Assembly (NCBI GenBank): GCA_963715985.1
Contig: CAVQSP010000015.1
Coordinates: forward strand, 118,567 to 182,566
Direction of reading: 5' to 3'
Length of the DNA: 64,000 nucleotides
Source of the DNA: an uncultured Thermoleophilia bacterium
GTDB taxonomy: Bacteria > Actinomycetota > Thermoleophilia > UBA2241
The notes under the pieces are model-generated. The model was given only the letters and a program-made list of their open reading frames with translations, made no database searches and had not been told where the DNA came from. Position 1 is the first letter of the stretch. Each line of letters starts with the position of its first letter. Shown piece by piece: positions 37,726 through 47,025 of this stretch. The position numbers were made by a program, and so were the translations under genes.

Positions 37726-40042
37726 TGACAAGGGAAAGACGGGGGCCGGCAGGAGCAGCGGCCTCACCGAGCGCCTGGCGCGCACGAGCGCACTGCACCC
37801 CTGGCGGGCGACCGGCCTCTGGGCGGTGCTCGTCGTCCTGGCCGTGCTCGCCGTCGGCTCGCTCCTCGGCAGCGGCATCTCGCCGGAGTCGAAGTTCCGC
37901 GCCGCCAAGCCAGACAGCGTGGTCGGCCAGGACCTGCTCGAGCAGCGCCTGACCGGCCCGCAGAAGGTCACCGACTTCGTGATCGTGCGGTCCGCCGCGC
38001 GCACCATCGACGACGCGGCCTTCAAGGCGTACGTCACGGACGTCGCCGCCAAGATCCAGGCCCTCGGGCCGAACGTCGTCGCCAACGTGGCGACCTTCTA
38101 TCAGACGAACGATCCCACCGCCGTCTCGAGGGACAAGCACTCGACCCTGATCGCAGTGGTCATGGCCGGCAAGATGGACGACGCGCTCAAGAACGTGGAC
38201 AAGCTCCACGAGGCGGTCGTCGCGACGCAGGGTCAGGGGTTCACCGTGGCCCAGACCGGCGACGCCAGCATCAACGAGATGTTCACCAAGCTGGCCGAGA
38301 AGGACCTGGGGCGCGGCGAGATCCTCGGCGTCCCCGCTGCCCTCATCGTGCTCCTCATCGTCTTCGGCGCCGTGCTCGCCGCGTCCATGCCGCTGTTGAT
38401 GAGCGTCATCAGCATCGTCCTGGCCCTGGCGATCACCGCTCTGATCGGCCAGGTGTACCCGATGAACACTTTCGTGCTCAACATCCTCACGATGATGGGC
38501 CTCGCGGTGGGCATCGACTACACGCTGTTCGTCATCAGCCGCTACCGCGAGGAGCGCGGCCGCGGCCTCGCGAAGATCGAGGCCATCGCGGCGACCGGCG
38601 CCACCGCCAACCGCGCCATCTTCTTCAGTGGCCTGACCGTCGTGCTGGCCGTGTCCGGTATGGTCATCATCCCGCTCGACATCATGATCAGCATGGGCGT
38701 GGGCGTCATGCTCGTCGTCGTCACCACGCTGCTCACGGCGCTGATCCTGCTGCCGGCCCTCCTCAGCCTGCTCGGCGACCGCATCAACGCCCTGCGGGTG
38801 CCGTTCGTCGGCAAGCTCGCGCTCAAGCGCGCCAACGGCTCAGGCGGCCTCTGGGAACGCCTCGCCCACAGCATCATGCGCCGCCCGGTGGTGTGGCTCA
38901 CGGTGGCGGTCGTGGCGCTGCTCGTGGTGGCCGCCCCGGTGGTCGTCATGAAGAAGGGCAACCCCACCGCCAGCGCCGCTCTTCTGCCCAGCAGTGAATA
39001 CGCCAAGCAGGGCTGGGACATCCTCGACCGCGACTTCTCGCTCGGCAAGGCCAACCCGCTGATGATCGTGATCGACGGCCAGGTCACCTCGCCCGACATC
39101 GAGCAGGCGGTCGGTCGCCTGCAGGCGGCGATGAAGGCCGACGGGCGCTTCGCTCCCGCGCAGGTCACCGCCAACGAGACCGGCGACCTGACCCTCCTCA
39201 CCACAATGCTGGCGGGCGATCCCGCCGGCGAGGCGACGCAGTCCCTCGTCAAGCATCTGCGCAGCGACATCGTGCCGGCGGCCGTCGAAGGTACGTCGGC
39301 CAAGATCTACGTGACGGGCACCACGGCGGGAGTGGTCGACTACCTCGGCTTCTTCGACACCTGGCTGCCGATCGTGCTGCTGGTGGTCCTCTCGCTGAGC
39401 TTCGTGCTCCTGCTGGTGGCCTTCCGCTCGATCGTCATCCCGGCGCAGGCGATCGCCATGAACCTGCTCAGCGTGGGTGCCTCCTACGGCCTGCTGGTGC
39501 TGGTCTTCCAGAAGGGCTTCGGCGCCAGCCTTACGGGCCTCACGCAGGTGGAGAGCATCGAGGCCTGGGTGCCGCTCATGCTCTTCGCCCTGCTGTTCGG
39601 GCTCTCCATGGACTATCAGGTGTTCCTGCTCAGCCGCATCAAGGAGCGCTATGACCAGACGGGGAACACACGCGAGGCGGTCGGCTACGGCCTGGGCCGT
39701 ACCGGGAGCATCATCACCGGCGCCGCCGCCATCATGGTCTGCGTGTTCGGCGGCATGGCCACCGGCGAGCTGGTCGTGTTCCAGCAGATGGGCTTCGGCC
39801 TCGCCGTCGCGATCCTCATCGACGCCACCGTGGTGCGCAGCATCATCGTGCCGGCCTCGATGGAACTGCTCGGCGAGCGCAACTGGTACCTGCCGCGCTG
39901 GCTCGAGTGGCTGCCGAACGTGGCCGTCGAGGGGCATGCGCCCACCAGGCACCTGCCCGGCGCCGCCCCCGCGCCTGCCCTCCGGCCGCAGCTTCAGCCC
40001 GCCTACCGTCGCGAGAACGCGCGCACTACTGTGGTCGAGTAG
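37712..40042 (+). CDS. MMPL/RND-superfamily transporter
   Basis: GLAVGIDYTLF..RYREE, FGLSMDYQVFLLSRIKE, IITGAAAIM, IDATVVRSIIVPA, NWYLPRWL. Confidence 0.93.
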   Translation: MSQLSDKGKTGAGRSSGLTERLARTSALHPWRATGLWAVLVVLAVLAVGSLLGSGISPESKFRAAKPDSVVGQDLLEQRLTGPQKVTDFVIVRSAARTIDDAAFKAYVTDVAAKIQALGPNVVANVATFYQTNDPTAVSRDKHSTLIAVVMAGKMDDALKNVDKLHEAVVATQGQGFTVAQTGDASINEMFTKLAEKDLGRGEILGVPAALIVLLIVFGAVLAASMPLLMSVISIVLALAITALIGQVYPMNTFVLNILTMMGLAVGIDYTLFVISRYREERGRGLAKIEAIAATGATANRAIFFSGLTVVLAVSGMVIIPLDIMISMGVGVMLVVVTTLLTALILLPALLSLLGDRINALRVPFVGKLALKRANGSGGLWERLAHSIMRRPVVWLTVAVVALLVVAAPVVVMKKGNPTASAALLPSSEYAKQGWDILDRDFSLGKANPLMIVIDGQVTSPDIEQAVGRLQAAMKADGRFAPAQVTANETGDLTLLTTMLAGDPAGEATQSLVKHLRSDIVPAAVEGTSAKIYVTGTTAGVVDYLGFFDTWLPIVLLVVLSLSFVLLLVAFRSIVIPAQAIAMNLLSVGASYGLLVLVFQKGFGASLTGLTQVESIEAWVPLMLFALLFGLSMDYQVFLLSRIKERYDQTGNTREAVGYGLGRTGSIITGAAAIMVCVFGGMATGELVVFQQMGFGLAVAILIDATVVRSIIVPASMELLGERNWYLPRWLEWLPNVAVEGHAPTRHLPGAAPAPALRPQLQPAYRRENARTTVVE

Positions 40043-40083
40043 ACCGGCAGTCGTCCGGGATATCCCGGACACCGAATGAAGAT

Positions 40084-40120
40084 GAGGGGGCGGGAGGCCG
40101 ATGGCGCCTCCCGCCCCCTC
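40084..40120 (+). terminator. Stem-loop after the MMPL gene
   Basis: gagggggcgggaggc...gcctcccgccccctc, 15-bp stem. Confidence 0.65.
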
Positions 40121-40421
40121 TGCCTCCCATGGTGAGGCGGGGGGTCGCTGCACGATCGACGCGTCTCTGTGCGCGCCCGACATCACACGAAGAGGATGAT
40201 TCGTCGGCAGGTGTTCGTGGCAGAGCCGGCGGCCGCCCCGATTGCGGCCGCTGGAGGCCCCGGATCGCATCTGGCATTCGGAAGGACCCAGATGACTCAG
40301 CGGCCACACCTGCCGCGACTGAGGGGCCGGTCAGCACGAGACTGTCCCCAGCGACCGGGTAGGCGACCGGACAGCGGAGACTTGACCGTTCAACTGGGAG
40401 AACGTTGTCAGACGACAACGT

Positions 40422-40498
40422 TGGTGCCCCCGGAAGGATTCGAACCTTCGACCTCGCGCTCCGGAGGCGCGCGCTCTAATCCCCTGAGCTACGAGGGC
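40422..40498 (-). tRNA. tRNA-Arg (anticodon CCG)
   Basis: GCCCTCG TAGCTCAGGGGATTAGAGC GCGCGC-CTCCGGA-GCGCG AGGTC GAAGGTTCGAATCCTTC CGGGGGC ACCA; full cloverleaf with encoded CCA. Confidence 0.97.
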
Positions 40499-40626
40499 AC
40501 GGGTGCGGATTGTAGCACGGTGCGCGGCACGGAGGCGGCAGGCGGGGCGGGCCGGCGCGTACAGGGCGGCGGCGGGCCGGCGCGAACGGGGCGCGGGCGA
40601 GGCCCTGCGGGCCCCGCGCCCAGACC

Positions 40627-40905
40627 TCACACCAGGTGCTCCGCCGCCTGCGCGAGATCCACGTCGCGCACCGTCACGCCGCCCGCATCGTGCGTGCTCA
40701 CGTGCAGCGTCACCTTGTTGTAGCGGACGTCGATGTCGGGGTGGTGCTGGCGATCCTCGGCGACCTGGGCCAGGCGGTCGACGAAGTCGATGGCGTGCAC
40801 GAAGTCGGCGAAGCGGAAGGTCCGGACGAGGGCTTCGTCCCGGTAGGACCAGTCGCCGAGGTCGGCGAGCGCGGCCTCGATCTGTTCCTTGTTCAAGGTA
40901 TCCAT
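40627..40905 (-). CDS. phhB: Pterin-4-alpha-carbinolamine dehydratase
   Basis: RTFRFADF, HHPDIDVRYNKV, STHDAGGVT..D. Confidence 0.92.
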   Translation of the reverse strand: MDTLNKEQIEAALADLGDWSYRDEALVRTFRFADFVHAIDFVDRLAQVAEDRQHHPDIDVRYNKVTLHVSTHDAGGVTVRDVDLAQAAEHLV

Positions 40906-40947
40906 GCGGCGCCTCCCCGTCGTGGCCGGCGCCGCCACGGGGCGCCG

Positions 40948-41436
40948 TTACCGCCTGTCTTCCCCGCGACCGCGCAAGGCACGCTCCACGTCGCGTTTCG
41001 CGTCGCGGTCGGCCATGTCGTGACGCTTGTCGTACAGCTTCTTGCCGCGCGCCAGGCCGATCTCCACCTTGGCGCGCCCGTCCTTGAAGTACACCTTGAT
41101 GGGCACCACCGTGAACCCGCGCTCCCGCACGCGCTGGGCGATGCGGTCGATCTCCTGCCGGTGCAGCAGGAGCCGCCGGGGGCGCAGCGGATCGTGGTTC
41201 CAGATGTTGCCCCGGTCGTACGGGCTGATGTGCGCGCCCACGAGGAACAGCTGTGGCGCGTAGGCCGTGCCTTTGACCTCCACGAAGCTGTCGCGCAGGT
41301 TGATGCGCCCTTCGCGCAGCGACTTCACCTCGGTGCCCACGAGGGCGATGCCGGCCTCGAAGGTGTCGTCGATGAAGTAGTCGTGGCGCGCCTTGCGGTT
41401 CTCCGCCACGCGCTTGATGCCGGTCTCTCGTGCCAT
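40948..41436 (-). CDS. smpB: SsrA-binding protein
   Basis: NRKARHDY, EAGIALVGTEVKSLR, LLLHRQEI, GKKLYDKR. Confidence 0.97.
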   Translation of the reverse strand: MARETGIKRVAENRKARHDYFIDDTFEAGIALVGTEVKSLREGRINLRDSFVEVKGTAYAPQLFLVGAHISPYDRGNIWNHDPLRPRRLLLHRQEIDRIAQRVRERGFTVVPIKVYFKDGRAKVEIGLARGKKLYDKRHDMADRDAKRDVERALRGRGEDRR

Positions 41437-41588
41437 GGCCCTAGGTTACCGCATCGCCGGACGCCGGGCCGTCTCTGGCAGGGCGGAGCGGCGTGCGGGG
41501 CCCTCGGCGGCACCGCGCTGCGGCGTGCAGGGCGCCGGGGCGGTCGTGCGGGACGGTCGTGCGGTGAGTCGCGGCGCGAAGGCCGGCG

Positions 41589-43646
41589 TCAGCGGCCGCG
41601 GCGGCGCTGCTGGTGCCCGGGCGCCCGCCGCTGAGGCGGTCTGCGCCCTGCGGGCGCGTGCAAAGGCCGCAGGCCGTGCGCCGGCTGCGGCCGCTCCGTG
41701 CCGTCCGTGGCCGGCGCAAGATCGACCTTGCCGGCGAGCCGGTCGACGCGCTCCACTCGCACCTGTACGGCGTCGCCGAGGCGGTGGCGCTTGCCCGTGA
41801 CCTCGCCGACCAGCGCCGTCTCGTGCTCGCTCACCTCGAAGCGCTCGCCGCCGAGGCGGCGTGAGGAGAGGAAGCCCTCGTATACGCCGCCGAAGCGCAC
41901 GAACAGCCCGCCCCCGACGAGCCCGACGACCTCGCCGGTGAACGTCTGCTCCCAGCCCTCCGCCTGGAGCCTGCGGTCGAGCAGGAAGCACAGGGCCACC
42001 TTGTCGGCGTCCATCTCCAGGCGCGCGATCTCGCGCTCCCTGGTGGAGCAGTCGTCGCCGGCGGCGGCGAGCTCCGCCTCGCCCAGCTCGCCGCCGCCGT
42101 CGCCGAGGTGGTACAGCAGGCTGCGGTGCGTGACGAGGTCGGGATAGCGGCGGATGGGGGACGTGAAGTGCAGGTACGCAGGGCTCGCGAGGCCGAAGTG
42201 GCCGAGGTTGGCCGGCGCGTAGCGCGCCTGCTTGAGCGAGCGCAGGAGCAGCGTCGGCCAGGCGCCCCGTCCGCGGCCCTCGCGGGCACTCGTCTCCGCG
42301 ACGATGCGGCTGAGGCGGCCGAACGCCTCGGCGAGCTCCGCCGCCGGCACGGCCTCGCCGGCCGGGAAGGGCGGCGTCCGCACGCCGAGCTCCTCCAGCT
42401 GGTCCAGCAGCTCACGCACGCTGGCCGGCTCCGGCGGCTCGTGCACGCGGTACAGCGTGTGCGCCCTCTTGCGCAGCAGGAACTCGGCCACGGCCTCGTT
42501 GGCGGCCAGCATGAACTCCTCGACCAGCGCGTGCGAGGGCGTCTCCGGGCGCGCCTCCGCTCCCGTCAGCGCGCCCGCCTCGCCGAAGTCGTACTCGGGC
42601 TCGAACGAGCCGAGCGTGAGGGCGCCGCGCGCCGCACGGCGGCGGCGCAGCAGCCCGGCGACCTCGGCGGCCAGGCGCAGCCGGGCGGTGAGCTCCTCGT
42701 CGGCGCTGAACGTCGCGCCCGGCACCTCGGCGTGCGGAACGTCGGCGGCGGCCTCGCCGACGGCGGCCTCGCCGGTGCCGGCCGCCCCCACCCCCGCCTC
42801 CGCCTCGCTCGCGTCACCGATGATCGTGTCCACGAACCCGTAGGTGAGCCGGTGGTCGCTGAGGATCGTCGACCGGTAGAACTGCACGCCGCTGCGGCGC
42901 CCGTCCGCGCTGAGCGCGAACTCCACGGTCAGGCACTTGCGCGGCTCCCTGGGCACGAGGCTGCAGAGGCCGCTGCTGAGCGCCGCCGGCAGCATCGGTT
43001 CGGCGAAGAGCGGCAGGTAGACGCTCGAGGTGCGGCGCCTGGCCTCGCGCTCGATGGCGCCGTCGTCGTCGACGAAGTAGGAGACGTCGGCGATGTGCAC
43101 GTGGGCACGGAAGCCGTCGCCCTCCCGCTGCACGGAGATGGCGTCGTCGAAGTCGCGCGCCGTGTCCGGGTCGATGGTGAAGGTCGGCAGGCCCGAGAGG
43201 TCGCGGCGCTCGGAGTCGCGGCGCGACGCCCTCGCCCCCACCGCCGCCGCCTCGTCGAGCACGTCCTCGGAGAAGCCCTGCGCGATGCCCTTGGCGTACA
43301 GCATGGCGCGCAGCACCACCGCGAGGTCGTCGCTGCGGCCAAGTACCTCGACGATGCGCCGCCGGTCGCCGTGCACCGGCACGGCGAGGACGATGTCGTC
43401 CAGCTTGGGAGGCTCGCCGCCCTTGGCCACGAGGCAGGCGCGGGCGTCGGCGAACACGGGTTCCAGCGACCAGAACTTGCCCCAACGGGCGACCCTGTAC
43501 GGGAGCGCGCGGGGCTGGGTGCCTCGCGCCGGCGGTGCGGCGTGGGCGCCGGCGTCCGGCGAGCCGCCGCGGCTGCCCCCCTGTGCCCGGCGGCCACCCT
43601 GCGGCTTGCCGCCGCCTCCTCGCCGCCGGTCCCCTGCCGCGGCCAC
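41589..43646 (-). CDS. rnr: Ribonuclease R (RNB + S1)
   Basis: FTIDPDTARDFDDA, VHIADVSYF, LVEEFMLAANEAVA, HFGLA..YLHFTSPIRRYPDL. Confidence 0.93.
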   Translation of the reverse strand: MAAAGDRRRGGGGKPQGGRRAQGGSRGGSPDAGAHAAPPARGTQPRALPYRVARWGKFWSLEPVFADARACLVAKGGEPPKLDDIVLAVPVHGDRRRIVEVLGRSDDLAVVLRAMLYAKGIAQGFSEDVLDEAAAVGARASRRDSERRDLSGLPTFTIDPDTARDFDDAISVQREGDGFRAHVHIADVSYFVDDDGAIEREARRRTSSVYLPLFAEPMLPAALSSGLCSLVPREPRKCLTVEFALSADGRRSGVQFYRSTILSDHRLTYGFVDTIIGDASEAEAGVGAAGTGEAAVGEAAADVPHAEVPGATFSADEELTARLRLAAEVAGLLRRRRAARGALTLGSFEPEYDFGEAGALTGAEARPETPSHALVEEFMLAANEAVAEFLLRKRAHTLYRVHEPPEPASVRELLDQLEELGVRTPPFPAGEAVPAAELAEAFGRLSRIVAETSAREGRGRGAWPTLLLRSLKQARYAPANLGHFGLASPAYLHFTSPIRRYPDLVTHRSLLYHLGDGGGELGEAELAAAGDDCSTREREIARLEMDADKVALCFLLDRRLQAEGWEQTFTGEVVGLVGGGLFVRFGGVYEGFLSSRRLGGERFEVSEHETALVGEVTGKRHRLGDAVQVRVERVDRLAGKVDLAPATDGTERPQPAHGLRPLHAPAGRRPPQRRAPGHQQRRRGR

Positions 43647-43653
43647 TCCGCGC

Positions 43654-44832
43654 CTACTTCTTCCCGGTGAGATACGTCAGCGCAACCTGCAGCTGCTCGT
43701 CCTTCTTGGTCTTCGGCTTGTCTTTGACGACGATGTCCGGGGCGATGCCCTTGTGGTTGATGTCGGTGCCGTTGGGCGTCAGGTAGACGGCCGTGGTGAG
43801 CTTGAGGACGGAGCCGTCGCCCAAGGGAACGACGGTCTGCACAAGACCCTTGCCGAAGGTGCGCGTGCCGATGATCTCGGCGCGCCCGTGGTCCTTGAGC
43901 GCACCGGTCACGATCTCGGACGCGCTGGCCGAGTAGCCGTTGACGAGGACGACCATCTTCCTGGTGGTGGCCACCGGCCCGTCGGTCTCGAGGACCTCCT
44001 TGGGCGAGTGCAGGCCCTCTGTGGATACCACCACGCCCGTCTGGAAGATGCCGGTCACGTCCACTGCGGGGGTGAGGTAGCCGCCGGTGTTGTAGCGCAG
44101 GTCGAGGATGAACGACTGCGCGCCCTTCCGCTCGAGCTCCTCCACATCCCGCCGCACGTCGCGGGCGGCGAGGTCGCCGAACTGGAAGAGCTGCACGTAG
44201 CCGACCTTCTGGCCGTTGGAGACCTCCATCTCGGTGCGCGTCTCCGGGATCTCGATCCGCCGGCGGACGAGGTCGTAGGACCTGACCGTCCCGCCGCCCT
44301 TGGGCTGGATGCCGAGCTGGACGTGGGTGCCCTCCTTGCCTTTGATGCGAGAGATGCTGGTGTCGACGGCCACGTCCTTGGTCGTCTTGCCGTCCACGGT
44401 GACGATGACGTCGCCGGGCTTGAGGCCCGCCTGCTTCGCGGGGGAGCCCTCGAACACCGTGGTGATGATGAGGCCCTCCTTGCCCTTCTCCAGGGCGGCG
44501 CCGACGCCGGAGTACTGGCCACTCAACCTCTCCCTGGCTGCCTTGGCCTCCTCCGGCGGCCAGTACACCGTGTACGGGTCGTCCAGCGACTTGAGCGTGC
44601 CGTCCACACCGGCCGTGCTCAGCTTGTCCACGTCGACCGCCTTGTAGTAGCGGCCCTGCAGCTCCTCGATGATGCGCTGCTGGAGCTGGCCGGCCTCCTT
44701 GGCGGCGTTGGCCTGCCCGGGGTTGAGGCGCACGCTGTTCTCACCGTGCAGGTACCAGCCGACGAAGTAGCCGCCGAGGAAGCCCAGGGCGACGACGAGG
44801 ACGACGATGGAGGTACGGAGGGCGCGCATCAC
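43654..44832 (-). CDS. ctpA: S41 family C-terminal processing peptidase (PDZ + protease)
   Basis: SLDDPYT, GSPAKQAGLKPGD, LDLRYNTGG, SASASEI, TFGKGLVQ. Confidence 0.92.
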   Translation of the reverse strand: MMRALRTSIVVLVVALGFLGGYFVGWYLHGENSVRLNPGQANAAKEAGQLQQRIIEELQGRYYKAVDVDKLSTAGVDGTLKSLDDPYTVYWPPEEAKAARERLSGQYSGVGAALEKGKEGLIITTVFEGSPAKQAGLKPGDVIVTVDGKTTKDVAVDTSISRIKGKEGTHVQLGIQPKGGGTVRSYDLVRRRIEIPETRTEMEVSNGQKVGYVQLFQFGDLAARDVRRDVEELERKGAQSFILDLRYNTGGYLTPAVDVTGIFQTGVVVSTEGLHSPKEVLETDGPVATTRKMVVLVNGYSASASEIVTGALKDHGRAEIIGTRTFGKGLVQTVVPLGDGSVLKLTTAVYLTPNGTDINHKGIAPDIVVKDKPKTKKDEQLQVALTYLTGKK

Positions 44833-44878
44833 CCGAGCATGCTAGACGGTCGCAGGGCGGGCTTCAAACGCGAGGGCT

Positions 44879-46054
44879 TCAGGGCAGGTAGCCCATGGGG
44901 TCCACCGGGTTGCCGTTGACGCGCACCTCGAAGTGGAGGTGCGGGCCGGTGGAGAACCCCGTGGAGCCCACGTAGCCGACCACCTGGCCGCGCCCCACGT
45001 GCGCGCCGGCGCCCACCGCCAGCGAGGACTGGTGGGCGTACAGCGTCGAGATGCTGTTGCCGTGGTCGATGATGATGACGTTGCCGTAGCCGCCCATCCA
45101 GGTGGCGTAGATCACGCTGCCGCTGTCGGCGGCGTGGATCGGCACGCCGTAGCCCACGGCGATGTCGATGCCGGTGTGCATCTTGCGGTAGTGCAGGATC
45201 GGATGGATGCGCCAGCCGAACGGCGACACCACGGGGCCGCTGACCGGCCACGTCATGCTGCCGGTGCCACCCCCGGCGCCGGAGGCGCCGGCGATGACGC
45301 CGGACAGGGCGTTGCTCTCGGCGAGCAGCTGGTTCTCCTGCTGCTCGAGCAGCGCGAGGTCTTGAGTGACGGCGGCCAGCTGGCCGTTTTTCTGCTTGCG
45401 CACGGACAGCGACGCAGCCCTCTGCGCGGCCTGGGCGGCGCGCAGCGCCGCCAGCTGGTCGCTCTGCTCCTGCAGGTCGGCGACGGCCTTGTGCACGCCG
45501 CGCTCCTTGTCGGCGACGGCCTTCTCCTCCGCGGCCACATCGTCGCGCGTCTGCTTGAGGCCGCCGACGAGCTCGTCGTTGCCGCTGATGAGGGCGCGCA
45601 CCACGCTCACGCGGCTGATGAGGTCCTCGAAACTCGAGGAGGCCAGCACCACGTCCACGTAGCTGAGGTCGTCGGTCTTGTACGCGATGACGACACGCTC
45701 CTTGAAGTTGGCGCGCTCCATGACCAGCTTGGCCTGCGCCCGGCGCAGCTCCTGCCGCTTGAGCTGGAGCTGCTTCTGCAGGAGCTCGAGCTTGCCTCTG
45801 GTCACCGTGAGCTTCTGCTCCACGGCGCCGATCTGGTCGCCGATGCGCGCCAGCTCGTCGTCGATGGCGGAGAGCCTGCCGTCCAGCACGGCGATCTGGT
45901 CGCCGAGCGAGGCCTTGCGCTCCTTGGCGACCTTGATCTTCGCGCGCGTGCGGACGAGGTCGCTCTGCGGCGCCGCCGCGGCCAGCACGGGCACGAGCCC
46001 GAGCGCTACCGCGGCGAGGGAGGCGACGATGATGAGCCTGCGAAGCATGGTCAT
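44879..46054 (-). CDS. Coiled-coil M23 peptidase (EnvC/CwlO-like FtsEX partner)
   Basis: Signal peptide, long coiled coil, HTGIDI, YAHQS, STGPHLHFEVR. Confidence 0.92.
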   Translation of the reverse strand: MTMLRRLIIVASLAAVALGLVPVLAAAAPQSDLVRTRAKIKVAKERKASLGDQIAVLDGRLSAIDDELARIGDQIGAVEQKLTVTRGKLELLQKQLQLKRQELRRAQAKLVMERANFKERVVIAYKTDDLSYVDVVLASSSFEDLISRVSVVRALISGNDELVGGLKQTRDDVAAEEKAVADKERGVHKAVADLQEQSDQLAALRAAQAAQRAASLSVRKQKNGQLAAVTQDLALLEQQENQLLAESNALSGVIAGASGAGGGTGSMTWPVSGPVVSPFGWRIHPILHYRKMHTGIDIAVGYGVPIHAADSGSVIYATWMGGYGNVIIIDHGNSISTLYAHQSSLAVGAGAHVGRGQVVGYVGSTGFSTGPHLHFEVRVNGNPVDPMGYLP

Positions 46055-46112
46055 AGCACTCACAAGAGTTCTTCGGGCGGCGGCGCGAATCCTGTCGCCG
46101 CCGCGCTCCGGA

Positions 46113-47024
46113 TCAGGTCTTGAGGTACCGGCGCAGCGCCACGAGGCTGCCCACGGCACCGAGCAAGGCGCCGATGACGGCCAGCGTAGGCAGCAGGCCG
46201 AGCGGCCACGTGCCGCCTTGCCACCAGACTTGAAGGACGCGCAGGTTGAGGAAGTTGATCTGGGAGCTCTTGATCCAGCCGGCGATGCCCCAGTTGCCCA
46301 CCCACACGAAGACGGCGGCGAGCACGGCCCCGACGAGGCCGGTGATGAAGCCCTCGAGCACGAACGGCCAGCGGATGAACCAGTTGGTGGCGCCCACGAG
46401 CCGCATGATCTCCACCTCGCGGCGGCGCGCGAAGATGGACAGCCGCACCGTGGTGCTGATGAGCAGGACCGCGGCGGCCGCGAAGATGATGGTCGTCACC
46501 CACATGCCCTTCTCGATGAGGCCGATGGTGCCCAGCATCTTGCGCACCGTCTCCTTCGCGTACTTGACGCCGTTGTGGGTGCCGGGGTCGTTGTCCACCG
46601 TGGGGTCGTCGAAGAACTTGCCCGCGACCGCGTCCACCTGGTCGGCGTCCTTGACCTGGATCTCATAGGAGGCCGGCAACGGGTTGATGGGCAGGTTGGC
46701 GACGATGCGTTCGCCGAAACGCTCGCGGAAGCGCCGCAGGGCTTCGTCCTTGGAGATGTACTTGTAGCTCTTGACCTCGGAGATGCCCTGGATCTTGCGC
46801 TCCAGCTGTTGCGTCTGCTGCGGCGTGGCCGTGTCCTTGATGAAGACCTCGATCATGACGCGGTTCTTGAGGCTGGTGGCGCCCTGGTTGAGATTGTCGC
46901 GGGTCACGAGCACCGCGCCGAAAATGGCCGTGCTGATGAACACGGTGATCACGGCCGCCATGGCCATGACCCAGTTGCGGCGCATGGACCCGAAGGCCTC
47001 GCCGAGGAAGAAACCGAAGCGCAC
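46113..47024 (-). CDS. ftsX: Cell division permease FtsX
   Basis: RRNWVMA, ISKDEAL, NPLP, ARRREVEIMRLVGATNWFIRWPF. Confidence 0.95.
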   Translation of the reverse strand: MRFGFFLGEAFGSMRRNWVMAMAAVITVFISTAIFGAVLVTRDNLNQGATSLKNRVMIEVFIKDTATPQQTQQLERKIQGISEVKSYKYISKDEALRRFRERFGERIVANLPINPLPASYEIQVKDADQVDAVAGKFFDDPTVDNDPGTHNGVKYAKETVRKMLGTIGLIEKGMWVTTIIFAAAAVLLISTTVRLSIFARRREVEIMRLVGATNWFIRWPFVLEGFITGLVGAVLAAVFVWVGNWGIAGWIKSSQINFLNLRVLQVWWQGGTWPLGLLPTLAVIGALLGAVGSLVALRRYLKT

Positions 47025-47025
47025 G

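Larger units (their letters stand above)
31819..40453. mobile_element. tRNA-Arg-anchored genomic island (about 8.6 kb) with no intact integrase
   Basis: Bounded by direct repeats of the tRNA 3' end on the downstream side of the tRNA; carries a signalling and MMPL cargo. Confidence 0.75.

Noticed and set aside
40500-41590. tmRNA (ssrA) near smpB
   Set aside because: No GGGG(A/C)TG 5' end, tag reading frame or tRNA-like 3' end found in the flanking gaps.
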